Under the pieces are notes generated by a model. That model worked only from the letters and a program-made list of their open reading frames with translations. It was not told the origin of the DNA and made no database searches. Shown piece by piece: positions 19,772 to 28,122 of a stretch of 64,000 nucleotides of DNA; the stretch's first letter is position 1, and each line of letters starts with the position of its first letter. The position numbers and the translations under genes were made by a program. Source of the stretch: Chloroflexota bacterium (GTDB lineage: Bacteria; Chloroflexota; UBA11872; VXOZ01); NCBI GenBank assembly GCA_963663275.1, contig OY760183.1, positions 1,248,001 to 1,312,000 on the forward strand. The letters are read 5' to 3'.

Positions 19772-21064
19772 TCAAGTCTGTGGTTGATGTCGCGCCCGCT
19801 CCCAGGCGCGGAGTTCGTCCTGATTGCTCCGGAGTTTGTCGAGGACGTCCAGGATGCGGTCCATGTCGCGCCGCGGCCCCAGGAAGGTGGCGTGCGGCAG
19901 GCAGAGGGCCTCTGCCTTGTAGATGCGCTCCGCTTCCGGGCAGTAGACCGCGCGGTAGTCGATCTCCTTGCCGTAGAAAGAACAGGTGAACGGATGCCCG
20001 GTGCGGCCAAAGTTCATCTCCTGGAAGAGCGGATTGCGGTAGACCGGGTGGGTATGGCCGGTGTGGACGCGCAACCCCTCGGCGTTCAGCGCCTGCATGA
20101 CGGTGTCCCTCCCGATGCCGCCAAACGCCGCGCTATGGTACTTGACGTGCCAGAAGTAGAAACCCCAGCGGGTCACGCGGGGATCGCGGTAGATGGGCGT
20201 GAAACCATCGATTTGTCCAAGTTGTTCGGATAGGTACGTCACGTTCCGTTCGCGGACGGCGGTCTGCGCCTCCAGGCGGCCGAGTTGCGCGTTGCCCACT
20301 GCGCCTTGCCACTCGGTCATGCGCAGGTTGGTGCTCGGAATGTGGTGCTCGTAGAACGGGCGGCCCGGGAAGCGCCCGATGTTGTGGAAGGAGGAGGCGC
20401 GCTGCGCGACTTCCTCACGATTGGTGAGCACCATGCCGCCCTCGCCGGTGGTCAGGGTCTTCCCCATCTGGAAGCTGAAACCGCCGCAGTCGCCCAGCGC
20501 GCCCGTACCGACGCCCTTCCACTGGGAGCCATGTGAGTGGGCGCAGTCTGAGACGATGGCGATACCGTGTTTGGCGGCGATGGTTTGGAGGGCGTCCACG
20601 TCGCACGGCATGCCGCCGTAGTCAACCGGCATCATGGCGCGGGTCTTGGGCGTAATCGCGGCGGCGACAGCCTGGGGGTCGATGGTGTAGTCGCGCGGGT
20701 CGCAATCCACGAAGATGGGAATGGCGTTGGCTTGCAGCACGGCGGAGGCGGTAGCCACGAAGGTCACGGCCGGGACGATCACCTCGTCTCCCGCTTCCAC
20801 GCCCACGGCCCGCAGCGCCGCCTCCAGCGCCACGGTGCCATTGGCAACGGCAATGCCGTACTGGGCGTCCTGGAAGTGCGCGAAATCGCGCTCGAAGCGT
20901 CCCACCTGGGATTCGTCCTGGTCGGCGTGCCCGCCCCGCCACCAGATGCCGCTCTCCAGCACGCCTTGGAGCAAGCGTTGTTCCTCCGCGCCAAAGACCG
21001 GCCAGGACGTGCCCAGCGGCTGTGCGAGCGCGGGCCCGCCGCCGGTAAGGGCCAGGTTTCCCAT
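19772..21064 (-). CDS. DegT/DnrJ/EryC1/StrS PLP aminotransferase
   Basis: NGTVAL, TFVATA, DCAHSHG, FSFQMGKTLTTGEGG, NLRMTEWQ. Confidence 0.93.
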   Translation of the reverse strand: MGNLALTGGGPALAQPLGTSWPVFGAEEQRLLQGVLESGIWWRGGHADQDESQVGRFERDFAHFQDAQYGIAVANGTVALEAALRAVGVEAGDEVIVPAVTFVATASAVLQANAIPIFVDCDPRDYTIDPQAVAAAITPKTRAMMPVDYGGMPCDVDALQTIAAKHGIAIVSDCAHSHGSQWKGVGTGALGDCGGFSFQMGKTLTTGEGGMVLTNREEVAQRASSFHNIGRFPGRPFYEHHIPSTNLRMTEWQGAVGNAQLGRLEAQTAVRERNVTYLSEQLGQIDGFTPIYRDPRVTRWGFYFWHVKYHSAAFGGIGRDTVMQALNAEGLRVHTGHTHPVYRNPLFQEMNFGRTGHPFTCSFYGKEIDYRAVYCPEAERIYKAEALCLPHATFLGPRRDMDRILDVLDKLRSNQDELRAWERARHQPQT

Positions 21065-21162
21065 GCGATTGTGCTCCTTGCTGCCGTCGTCACCCGCCGC
21101 GCCCACGCTCTCCCGTGGAGAGCTCGGAAATTCCCCTCACCCCGCCCCTCTCCCCAGCGAGA

Positions 21163-21310
21163 GTTGACAGGGGTATGTAAATGTCATTCCGAGCGGAGCG
21201 AGGAATCTAGGGAAGACATTCTTGCAGGGCAAGCCTTAGATTCCTCTCTCCGCTGCGCTCCGTTCGGAATGACACGTGAAGTCGATTATAGCTTACAGAC
21301 CCCTGTCAGC
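21163..21310. mobile_element. 148-bp MITE (GCTGACAGGGG family), copy 2, in a CCCTCTCCC REP
   Basis: TIR gttgacaggggtatgtaa/ttacagacccctgtcagc; flanks cagcgaga/cagggaga; same length as copy 1. Confidence 0.85.
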
Positions 21311-21337
21311 CAGGGAGAGGGGAAAAGAGTCGCGGCC

Positions 21338-22615
21338 TCAGACCGCTACCGGCTCGCGGATGCCGACGAGCAGGTCGATGGCGGCTTGGCGGATCAGTGG
21401 CTCGCTGGAGGGCGCGATCGCCGCCAGGTTGGGTTCCATGCCGCCCTGGTCGAACGCTTCCGGCGTGGGCACGTAGGCCACCTCGCGCGTCGGACGGCTG
21501 ATCACGACCGTGTGGCGGAACGGCGACGCCGCCTTGATCGCCAGCGCCGTATCGTGGAACAACTCGCCCGGCATGTGAATGAGCGCCGTATCGCCCAGTG
21601 TGACGACCTTGAGCGGGTACCGGATGGTGGGATTCCGTTCGTACCACTCGTAGAGGAAGCGGTGGTAGCGGTTGTGCATCGCCTTGAAATTGAAGCGCAT
21701 CTCCTCCGGCTCTTCCGGCATCACGCGCGCCGGAATTTCCACCTCGCGCACGTGCGTCTCCATGGGGGGAGCGGTGTCCGGCTTGATTTGCTCGAAGACG
21801 TAGAGCGCCTGCGCGCCGACGGAACGCCCGACGCGGCGGGCCGCCCAGCCGTCGCGCTCGATTGGCACCACGTCGCCCAGCCCGCCCTGGGCAAAGACGA
21901 TGGGCAGTCCGGCCACCTCGCCAAAGACGTCCGCCACGTAGCGGGGATAGTCCGCCGAAATGCCGCCGTACTTGTCGGTGGAGCAGAGCGCGTGGCAGCC
22001 GAAGTTGATGAACGCGCCGATGGCCTCGCCGTCGAGCGAATCGAAGCGCAGCACGCTCACCTCGTCGTCCTTTCCCTGCTCGCGCCACTCCGGTTCCGGC
22101 GGCGCTTCCTGGCGGTTGAAGACCATGTGTACCGTGCCGTCGGGCTTGATGAAGCGGCGGTTGTAGCAGACGTCCGGCGCGCGGCCGCCGCTTGACGCCA
22201 TCCGCACCGGTGCCAGCTTGTCGAAAGCGTCCTGGATGCCGTCCGCGACGCGCGCGCTGATCTCATCTTCATAGCCCTCGATGATGAGGTCCTGGGCGAA
22301 GATCATGATGTACGCGCCATAGTTGGAGATGGGCGTGGAGCCGATGTGGGAGGGACAGAAGAGCGTGGGAAACGGCGCGATGCCGCGCGCCTGCAGGGCG
22401 GCGGCCACTTTTGCATCGAAGCCGATGCCAAGCTCGAATGCGTCCACCGCGACGACGGCGGCCGTTTCGTCCCCATCGCGCAGCAGCAGTATCCGCGCCT
22501 TGAGGGGGTCGTAGACCGGATAACTGCGTTCCTTCTTGTTGCCGTTGGCCGTGCGCCGGCCCTGGTCCGGCGTGATGTCAACTTCCATAAACGCGGCGTG
22601 CAAGCTGTCTCTCAC
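21338..22615 (-). CDS. Neutral/alkaline ceramidase N-terminal-like hydrolase
   Basis: VDITP, DPLKAR, SH, YNRR, NFGCHA, ISADYP, GDVVP, PGELF motifs; GTG after ggagaggag. Confidence 0.7.
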   Translation of the reverse strand: MRDSLHAAFMEVDITPDQGRRTANGNKKERSYPVYDPLKARILLLRDGDETAAVVAVDAFELGIGFDAKVAAALQARGIAPFPTLFCPSHIGSTPISNYGAYIMIFAQDLIIEGYEDEISARVADGIQDAFDKLAPVRMASSGGRAPDVCYNRRFIKPDGTVHMVFNRQEAPPEPEWREQGKDDEVSVLRFDSLDGEAIGAFINFGCHALCSTDKYGGISADYPRYVADVFGEVAGLPIVFAQGGLGDVVPIERDGWAARRVGRSVGAQALYVFEQIKPDTAPPMETHVREVEIPARVMPEEPEEMRFNFKAMHNRYHRFLYEWYERNPTIRYPLKVVTLGDTALIHMPGELFHDTALAIKAASPFRHTVVISRPTREVAYVPTPEAFDQGGMEPNLAAIAPSSEPLIRQAAIDLLVGIREPVAV

Positions 22616-22726
22616 GGGCGCTCTCCTCTCCACTATGCGGGCGTACGCGTACTATTCTACTCCATCAGTCGCAGAACCATCTACACGGAGTGTGGCCGGC
22701 GCGGCGCCAAGAAGTGTATCCGGATA

Positions 22727-24421
22727 TCAGTGGTCGCGCGCCCGTCCGGTCGCGCTGAGCGCCGACGCGATACGATCGAGTTTCTCATGGACTTCCGGAT
22801 GGATCTCGTCTTCCCGCATGGTGGCGGCAAGCAGGTACATGTCTCTCTTGAGTGTTTCCCTATCCAGAGACTTCAGGAGAGGGGACAAGAATTCGCCGCT
22901 GGCTTTGACGCGCACAAGCGCGACGTGGTCGCCAAACAGATCCGTTCCCGGCGGCACTTGGCTCCAAAACGCCGTTTCAACCTGCTGTCCCAGCAGTGGA
23001 TGATCTGGGAACGCAAAGCGCCTGATGGCTTCGGGATGCAAGAGGTAGTTCTCGATCTCGTAGCGGCGCCAGCGCAGCACGACCAAGCCCGCGCGCGTCA
23101 TCTCCTCATCCGGCTCATCCCGGTTGTCGCCGTCGAGAAGGCAGAGAGCGCGCACGTCCGGCAAAGCCGCCTGCATGGCGAAGAAGTGCGCTTTCGCTTC
23201 GCGCAGGCTTCTGCCGCCAATCCGGTGCACGAAAGGCCGTTCCAGGAAACGCCGCGCCGGATGATCGAGAATGCGCGCCCACTCCCCCAGTATCTTCTCA
23301 TCCGTCTCTCCCTCCACGTAGAGCAAGCCCCCCACTTCCCGGGCGAGGAGCAGGTCGGTAGTGGTGACCCGCTTGAGGGCCTCGCGGAGTTGGTCGCGCT
23401 CGGTCTGGCTGGCCAGGGCGCGCGGCGCTTCCCCGAAGAATCCCAGCACCCGCGACGGTTCCGTTGCGTCGATGACCGCCTCGGAGTGCGTCGCCACAAT
23501 GACCTGTCCGCCGCGTTCCCGGGCAACCTTGCGGACCAGGCCGTATACCTGCTTCTGCAGGATGACGTGCTGGTGCGCATCCGGCTCGTCGAGCAGGATT
23601 ACGGTTGCGGGCCGCGCGTACAGGAAGGCGAAGAGAAGGAGTACCTGGAGGGTGCCGCTCCCCGCGTTAGAGAGGTCCAGGGGCCGCGAGCGGGCGCTTT
23701 CACGGTATTCGCACACGATGTAGGGCTGGGCCGGCGCATAAACCGGCCTGTCCAGTTCGATACCAAAGAGGTCTTGCACGTGCCCGGCGAGCGACTGCCA
23801 GTTTTCAGGATTGTCACTCTCGGCAATCTCCAGCAGGAGATTCCGCAGTATCTCGCCCGGCCGCCCTTGCCCGACGAGCAGGTCCTGCATGCCCCGGTCG
23901 CGCCGGGGCTCGTCGCGCTCGACTCCCGATAGTGGGGGAACGTGCACAACGTCGAGGCTCTTTGCCGCCTCGGCGGGAAACTCCCGGATGGAAGCGGGGG
24001 CGAGATTCTTGGCGTCAAGGGGCCGCGCGTATACCATCTCGGAATTCGCGTACTGGAACTCGAACCCGCACCGCCACGGGCTGTCCCCCGCTTGCCCTTC
24101 CAAGGTAATCTCTATCAGCCGGGGCGTGCCGGACATACCTTGGGGGCCGGTCACCCTCCGATCCTCCCACAGGAGGTTCATCTCGCGGAGCGGCACGGCG
24201 GTGAAGTCGGCGCGCGGTATGGCAACGCCGGAGCGCCGCACGGCCTTGCCGCCTCCGCGCTGGGAGACCCAGCGATCCAGGCCGACCTTCCAAGACGCGA
24301 TGGCCTGAAGTAGGGTAGACTTTCCGGTGTTGTTAGGCCCGGCCAGCACGACGGAGTCCGCGAGTTCGAACGTCTGCTCGCGAAAACGCTTGAAGTGCCT
24401 GATCGTTACTCGCTGGATCAT
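22727..24421 (-). CDS. Fused ABC-ATPase + TOPRIM nuclease (OLD/PARIS-like)
   Basis: MIQRVTIRHFKRF, GPNNTGKST, AGSG, LLDEPDAH, ATHS; then YVEGETD, LLDGD, YEIENY. Confidence 0.85.
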   Translation of the reverse strand: MIQRVTIRHFKRFREQTFELADSVVLAGPNNTGKSTLLQAIASWKVGLDRWVSQRGGGKAVRRSGVAIPRADFTAVPLREMNLLWEDRRVTGPQGMSGTPRLIEITLEGQAGDSPWRCGFEFQYANSEMVYARPLDAKNLAPASIREFPAEAAKSLDVVHVPPLSGVERDEPRRDRGMQDLLVGQGRPGEILRNLLLEIAESDNPENWQSLAGHVQDLFGIELDRPVYAPAQPYIVCEYRESARSRPLDLSNAGSGTLQVLLLFAFLYARPATVILLDEPDAHQHVILQKQVYGLVRKVARERGGQVIVATHSEAVIDATEPSRVLGFFGEAPRALASQTERDQLREALKRVTTTDLLLAREVGGLLYVEGETDEKILGEWARILDHPARRFLERPFVHRIGGRSLREAKAHFFAMQAALPDVRALCLLDGDNRDEPDEEMTRAGLVVLRWRRYEIENYLLHPEAIRRFAFPDHPLLGQQVETAFWSQVPPGTDLFGDHVALVRVKASGEFLSPLLKSLDRETLKRDMYLLAATMREDEIHPEVHEKLDRIASALSATGRARDH

Positions 24422-24574
24422 CCGCTTACTCCCAGGGTCTTTCACAGTATAGCAGTACGGCAGTCCAACACTCTCTTCGCCAGCGGACAAGAACGGCGGT
24501 GGACTTTCTTCTCTGCCGGTCCGCTCACTTATAATGAAGAAGTGCGGTTTCAACCGGATAGGGGAAAGCGGCTT

Positions 24575-25783
24575 GTGAAGAAGCGCGTGCTGGTGCTGGG
24601 TTCCACCGGCTCCATCGGTCGGCAGACGCTGGACGTGATTCGCGCCAATCCGGGCGCGTTCACCGTGGTGGGGTTGGCGGCGGGCCGTGACTTGGACGCG
24701 CTGGCGGCGCAGATCGCCGAGTTCAAACCGCAGGCGGCGTATTGCATAGACGGCGGCGCGGCCAAGCGCCTGGCGGCAGGTACGCGCATCTTCTCCGGCG
24801 ATGACGGCCTCACCCAGCTTGTGGGGGAGGTGGACGCCGATGTCACGGTGGTGGGCACGCCGGGCATGGCGGGGGCGCGTCCGACCATGGCGGCGCTGGC
24901 GCGCGGGCAGGACGTGGCGCTGGCGAACAAGGAAATCCTGGTCATGGCCGGAGACCTGGTGATGCAAGCCGCCGCCGCCCACGGCGCCGCCGTCCTGCCG
25001 ACCGACAGCGAGCACAGCGCCATTTGGCAGTGCCTGCGCGGTGAAGACGAGGCGGCCATCCGGCGGCTCATCCTGGCGGCGTCCGGCGGGCCGTTCCGCG
25101 CGGCGTCGGACCGGGAACTGGCAACCGTCACGCCGGAGCAGGCCCTGCGGCATCCCACCTGGTCCATGGGCGCAAAGATTACAATAGATTCTGCTACCAT
25201 GCTCAACAAGGGCTTGGAAGTCATCGAGGCGCACTGGCTGTTCAGCATTCCGTACGCCAAGATCGAGGTGGTGATTCATCCGCAGAGCATCGTGCACGCC
25301 TTGGTGGAATTCACGGACGGGGCGGTGATGGCGCAGTTGAGCCATCCCGACATGCGCCTGCCCATCCAGCACGCGCTGAGCTATCCGGCGCGCTTGCCGA
25401 CGCACTGGGGCGGCCTGGACTTTGCCCGTGCGCCAGTGCTGGAGTTTGCCCCGCCGGACGACACTCGCTTTCCCTGCCTGGCCCTGGCCCGGCAGGCGGC
25501 GGAAACCGGCGGCACCGCGCCCACGGTACTGTGCGCCGCCGACGAGGCGGCGGTTGCGCTCTTCCTGGCGGGCAAGATCGGCTTTCTGGACATTGCGCGC
25601 CTCATCGAGCGCGCGCTGGATTCCCACGTAAGCGCGCCGGTAGAGTCCGTGGACCACGTGCTGGCGGTTGCCGAGGAGACGAGGCGGCTGTTGCAGGACA
25701 CGCTCAGGTCCTCCGTCACTCCGGCGAAAGCCGGAGTCCAGGGTGCGACCGGCGAAGATGGATTCCGGCTTCCGCCGGAATGA
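24575..25783 (+). CDS. dxr: 1-deoxy-D-xylulose-5-phosphate reductoisomerase
   Basis: LGSTGSIG, ALANKE, DSEHSAIWQC, HPTWSMGAKITIDSAT, NKGLEVIEA. Confidence 0.97.
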   Translation: MKKRVLVLGSTGSIGRQTLDVIRANPGAFTVVGLAAGRDLDALAAQIAEFKPQAAYCIDGGAAKRLAAGTRIFSGDDGLTQLVGEVDADVTVVGTPGMAGARPTMAALARGQDVALANKEILVMAGDLVMQAAAAHGAAVLPTDSEHSAIWQCLRGEDEAAIRRLILAASGGPFRAASDRELATVTPEQALRHPTWSMGAKITIDSATMLNKGLEVIEAHWLFSIPYAKIEVVIHPQSIVHALVEFTDGAVMAQLSHPDMRLPIQHALSYPARLPTHWGGLDFARAPVLEFAPPDDTRFPCLALARQAAETGGTAPTVLCAADEAAVALFLAGKIGFLDIARLIERALDSHVSAPVESVDHVLAVAEETRRLLQDTLRSSVTPAKAGVQGATGEDGFRLPPE

Positions 25784-25849
25784 CAGAGTCTGGACTTGCA
25801 CAAATGACGGAGTTTGGACTTGTATGAATGACGGAGTCTGGACTTGCGC
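25778..25849 (+). repeat. 24-bp tandem array (3 units)
   Basis: gaatgacagagtctggacttgcac / aaatgacggagtttggacttgtat / gaatgacggagtctggacttgcgc. Confidence 0.9.
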
Positions 25850-25882
25850 GTTTGAAATTACATACCCGGAACGGTTCGCACA

Positions 25883-26911
25883 ATGGTAATCTCGATAGTA
25901 GCCTTCCTCTTCGTTCTCTCCTTTCTCGTGCTCGTGCATGAGATTGGGCATTTCGCGGCGGCGCGGTACATGGGCATTCGCGTCGTGGAGTTCGGCATCG
26001 GCTGGCCGCCCCGGCTCGTTTCGCGGCGCTACGGCGATACGCTCTACTCGCTCAACCTGCTGCCCCTGGGCGGTTTCGTGCGCATGTTTGGCGAATTCGG
26101 CGGCGTGGAGCCCGGCAGTTTCATGAGCAAGCGGCCGCGGGAGCGCGCGGTAGTAATCCTGGCCGGCGTTGCCATGAACTTCCTGATCGCGCCGGTGCTC
26201 TTCGCCTTCTCCTTCATGGCCGGTGAGCCGGTGAACACCGAGCGCATCTTCGTGCGCGAAGTGGTGGCGGAAAGTCCAGCGGCCGCGGTGGATCTCAAGG
26301 AGGGCGACCGCGTTCTCACAATCAACGGAACGGCCCTCACCACCCCGCAGCAATTCAGCGAGCAGATAGACCGCACCCCGGCGGGCACGCCCATTCGCCT
26401 CACGATTCTGCGGGAAGGCCAGGAACGGTCGCTGCGCGTCGTGCCCGCCTACAACCCGGACGTGGAGCGCCGCACGGTTGGCGTCGTCCTGCTGCCGGAG
26501 CGGACCGTCCAGCGTTACTTGCCGTGGGCGGCGGCCTGGCGCGGCGTGGAGCGCACCGGCGAGATCTTTGCGCTCCTCGGCATTGGGGTGGCCAGCATCA
26601 TTCGGGGTGAAGAAGAGGCGGACGTTATCGGGCCGGTGGGCATCGCCTCGTTGACCGGGCAAATCGCCCGCGCCGGTCTCTACCAACTCCTGACGTTCAC
26701 CGGATTCTTGAGTATGAACTTAGCCATCATCAATCTTCTGCCCTTTCCCGGCCTGGACGGCGCGCGGTTCGTCTTCACCGTGGTGGAGATGATACGGGGA
26801 CGTCCCATGAATCCCCGGCGGGAGGCGATCATCAACTTTACCGGCATTGTCATTCTGCTGGCGCTCATCGTGTTCATTACCTATCGTGACATTGCGCGGC
26901 TGTTGGGGTAG
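25883..26911 (+). CDS. rseP: RIP metalloprotease RseP (M50, PDZ)
   Basis: HEIGH, LPLGGFVRM, PDZ segment, NLLPFPGLDG; follows dxr. Confidence 0.93.
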   Translation: MVISIVAFLFVLSFLVLVHEIGHFAAARYMGIRVVEFGIGWPPRLVSRRYGDTLYSLNLLPLGGFVRMFGEFGGVEPGSFMSKRPRERAVVILAGVAMNFLIAPVLFAFSFMAGEPVNTERIFVREVVAESPAAAVDLKEGDRVLTINGTALTTPQQFSEQIDRTPAGTPIRLTILREGQERSLRVVPAYNPDVERRTVGVVLLPERTVQRYLPWAAAWRGVERTGEIFALLGIGVASIIRGEEEADVIGPVGIASLTGQIARAGLYQLLTFTGFLSMNLAIINLLPFPGLDGARFVFTVVEMIRGRPMNPRREAIINFTGIVILLALIVFITYRDIARLLG

Positions 26912-26976
26912 CGCAGTGTGCTACAATGTGGAGCGTCCTCCCACCGCCCTGAGGGTGCAGCGCAGGGAAATCGCGC

Positions 26977-28122
26977 GTGTCACAGGTTTTTTCCTTTCGG
27001 ATTCCACAGGTCTTCCACGTTGGCCCCGGTGTCTATCGCCGCCTGCCGGCGTTGGCGCGCGCCCACGCGCCGGAGCGCTTACTGCTGATTACCGATGCCG
27101 GTCTGGTGGACGCGGGCGTCGCGCCGCTGGTGGAAGACGCGCTGACCGGCGCCGGCATCGCGGTGGCGCGCTATCAGGACATTCCGGCGGAACCGCATCT
27201 CGAAGACGTGGAGCGGTGCCGCGCTTTTGCCGCCGCCCAGGGCGCGGCGGCGGTGGTGGGCGTGGGGGGCGGGAGCGTGCTCGACGCCGCCAAGATCGTC
27301 GGCGGCTTCGCGGCTTGCGCGCAGCCGCTGGAGAGTCTGCTCGACCGTGAAGACGAATCCATCGCGCCCGGGTTGCCGCTCTTCCTCCTGCCCACCACGG
27401 CCGGCTCGGGCGCGGAGGCCACGGCCGGCGCGACCGTGACCTATCGAGGTCGGAAACGCCGCCTGGTGGGACGCTGTCCGCAGCCGGTGGTTGCCCTCAT
27501 CGACCCCACCTTCACCCGCAGCCTGCCGCGCGGCGTCACGCTGGCCAGCGGCCTGGACGCGCTGACCCACGCGCTGGAGTCTCACGCCGCGCGCCGCGCC
27601 GGCCCCATGAGCCAACTGTATTCGCGGGAAGCCTATCAATTGATCATGGAGTGGCTGCCCCGCGCGCTGGCGGATGGGGACGACCTGGAGGCGCGCGGCA
27701 AGATGGCGCACGCGGCGCTGTACGCCGGCATCGCGGTGGCGAACGCCGGCGCCGGCGCGGTGCACGCCCTGGCGTATCCCCTGGGCGGCCGCGCGTCTGC
27801 GCTGCCCCACGGCATCGCGAACGCCATTCTGCTGCCCCACGTGCTGCGGCGAAACATCGCCGCCTGCCCCGATGCCTACGCGGCTCTCGGCAACGAGAAC
27901 GACGCGCGCGGCGCGGCGGCGGAGGCCGACGCCGTGCTGGACGCGGTGCGGGAACTACTCGACGCGCTGGAAACGCCCGCCCGGCTCGCCGACTTTGGCG
28001 TGCAGCGGGCCGCGTTGCCCGCGCTGGCGCAAGAGGCGCACACAATCCGGCGGCTTCTGGACAATAACGTCCGCCGCTTCGAGGTCGATGAAATCGAAGC
28101 GCTCTACGCGGCCGCGTGGTGA
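26977..28122 (+). CDS. Iron-containing alcohol dehydrogenase
   Basis: GGGSVLDAAK, PTTAGSGAEAT, DALTHALE, HALAYP, HGIAN. Confidence 0.93.
   Translation: MSQVFSFRIPQVFHVGPGVYRRLPALARAHAPERLLLITDAGLVDAGVAPLVEDALTGAGIAVARYQDIPAEPHLEDVERCRAFAAAQGAAAVVGVGGGSVLDAAKIVGGFAACAQPLESLLDREDESIAPGLPLFLLPTTAGSGAEATAGATVTYRGRKRRLVGRCPQPVVALIDPTFTRSLPRGVTLASGLDALTHALESHAARRAGPMSQLYSREAYQLIMEWLPRALADGDDLEARGKMAHAALYAGIAVANAGAGAVHALAYPLGGRASALPHGIANAILLPHVLRRNIAACPDAYAALGNENDARGAAAEADAVLDAVRELLDALETPARLADFGVQRAALPALAQEAHTIRRLLDNNVRRFEVDEIEALYAAAW

Noticed and set aside
24422-26686. 1319-aa ORF as one protein
   Set aside because: The N-terminal part is the antisense shadow of dxr and rseP; the real gene starts at 24421.
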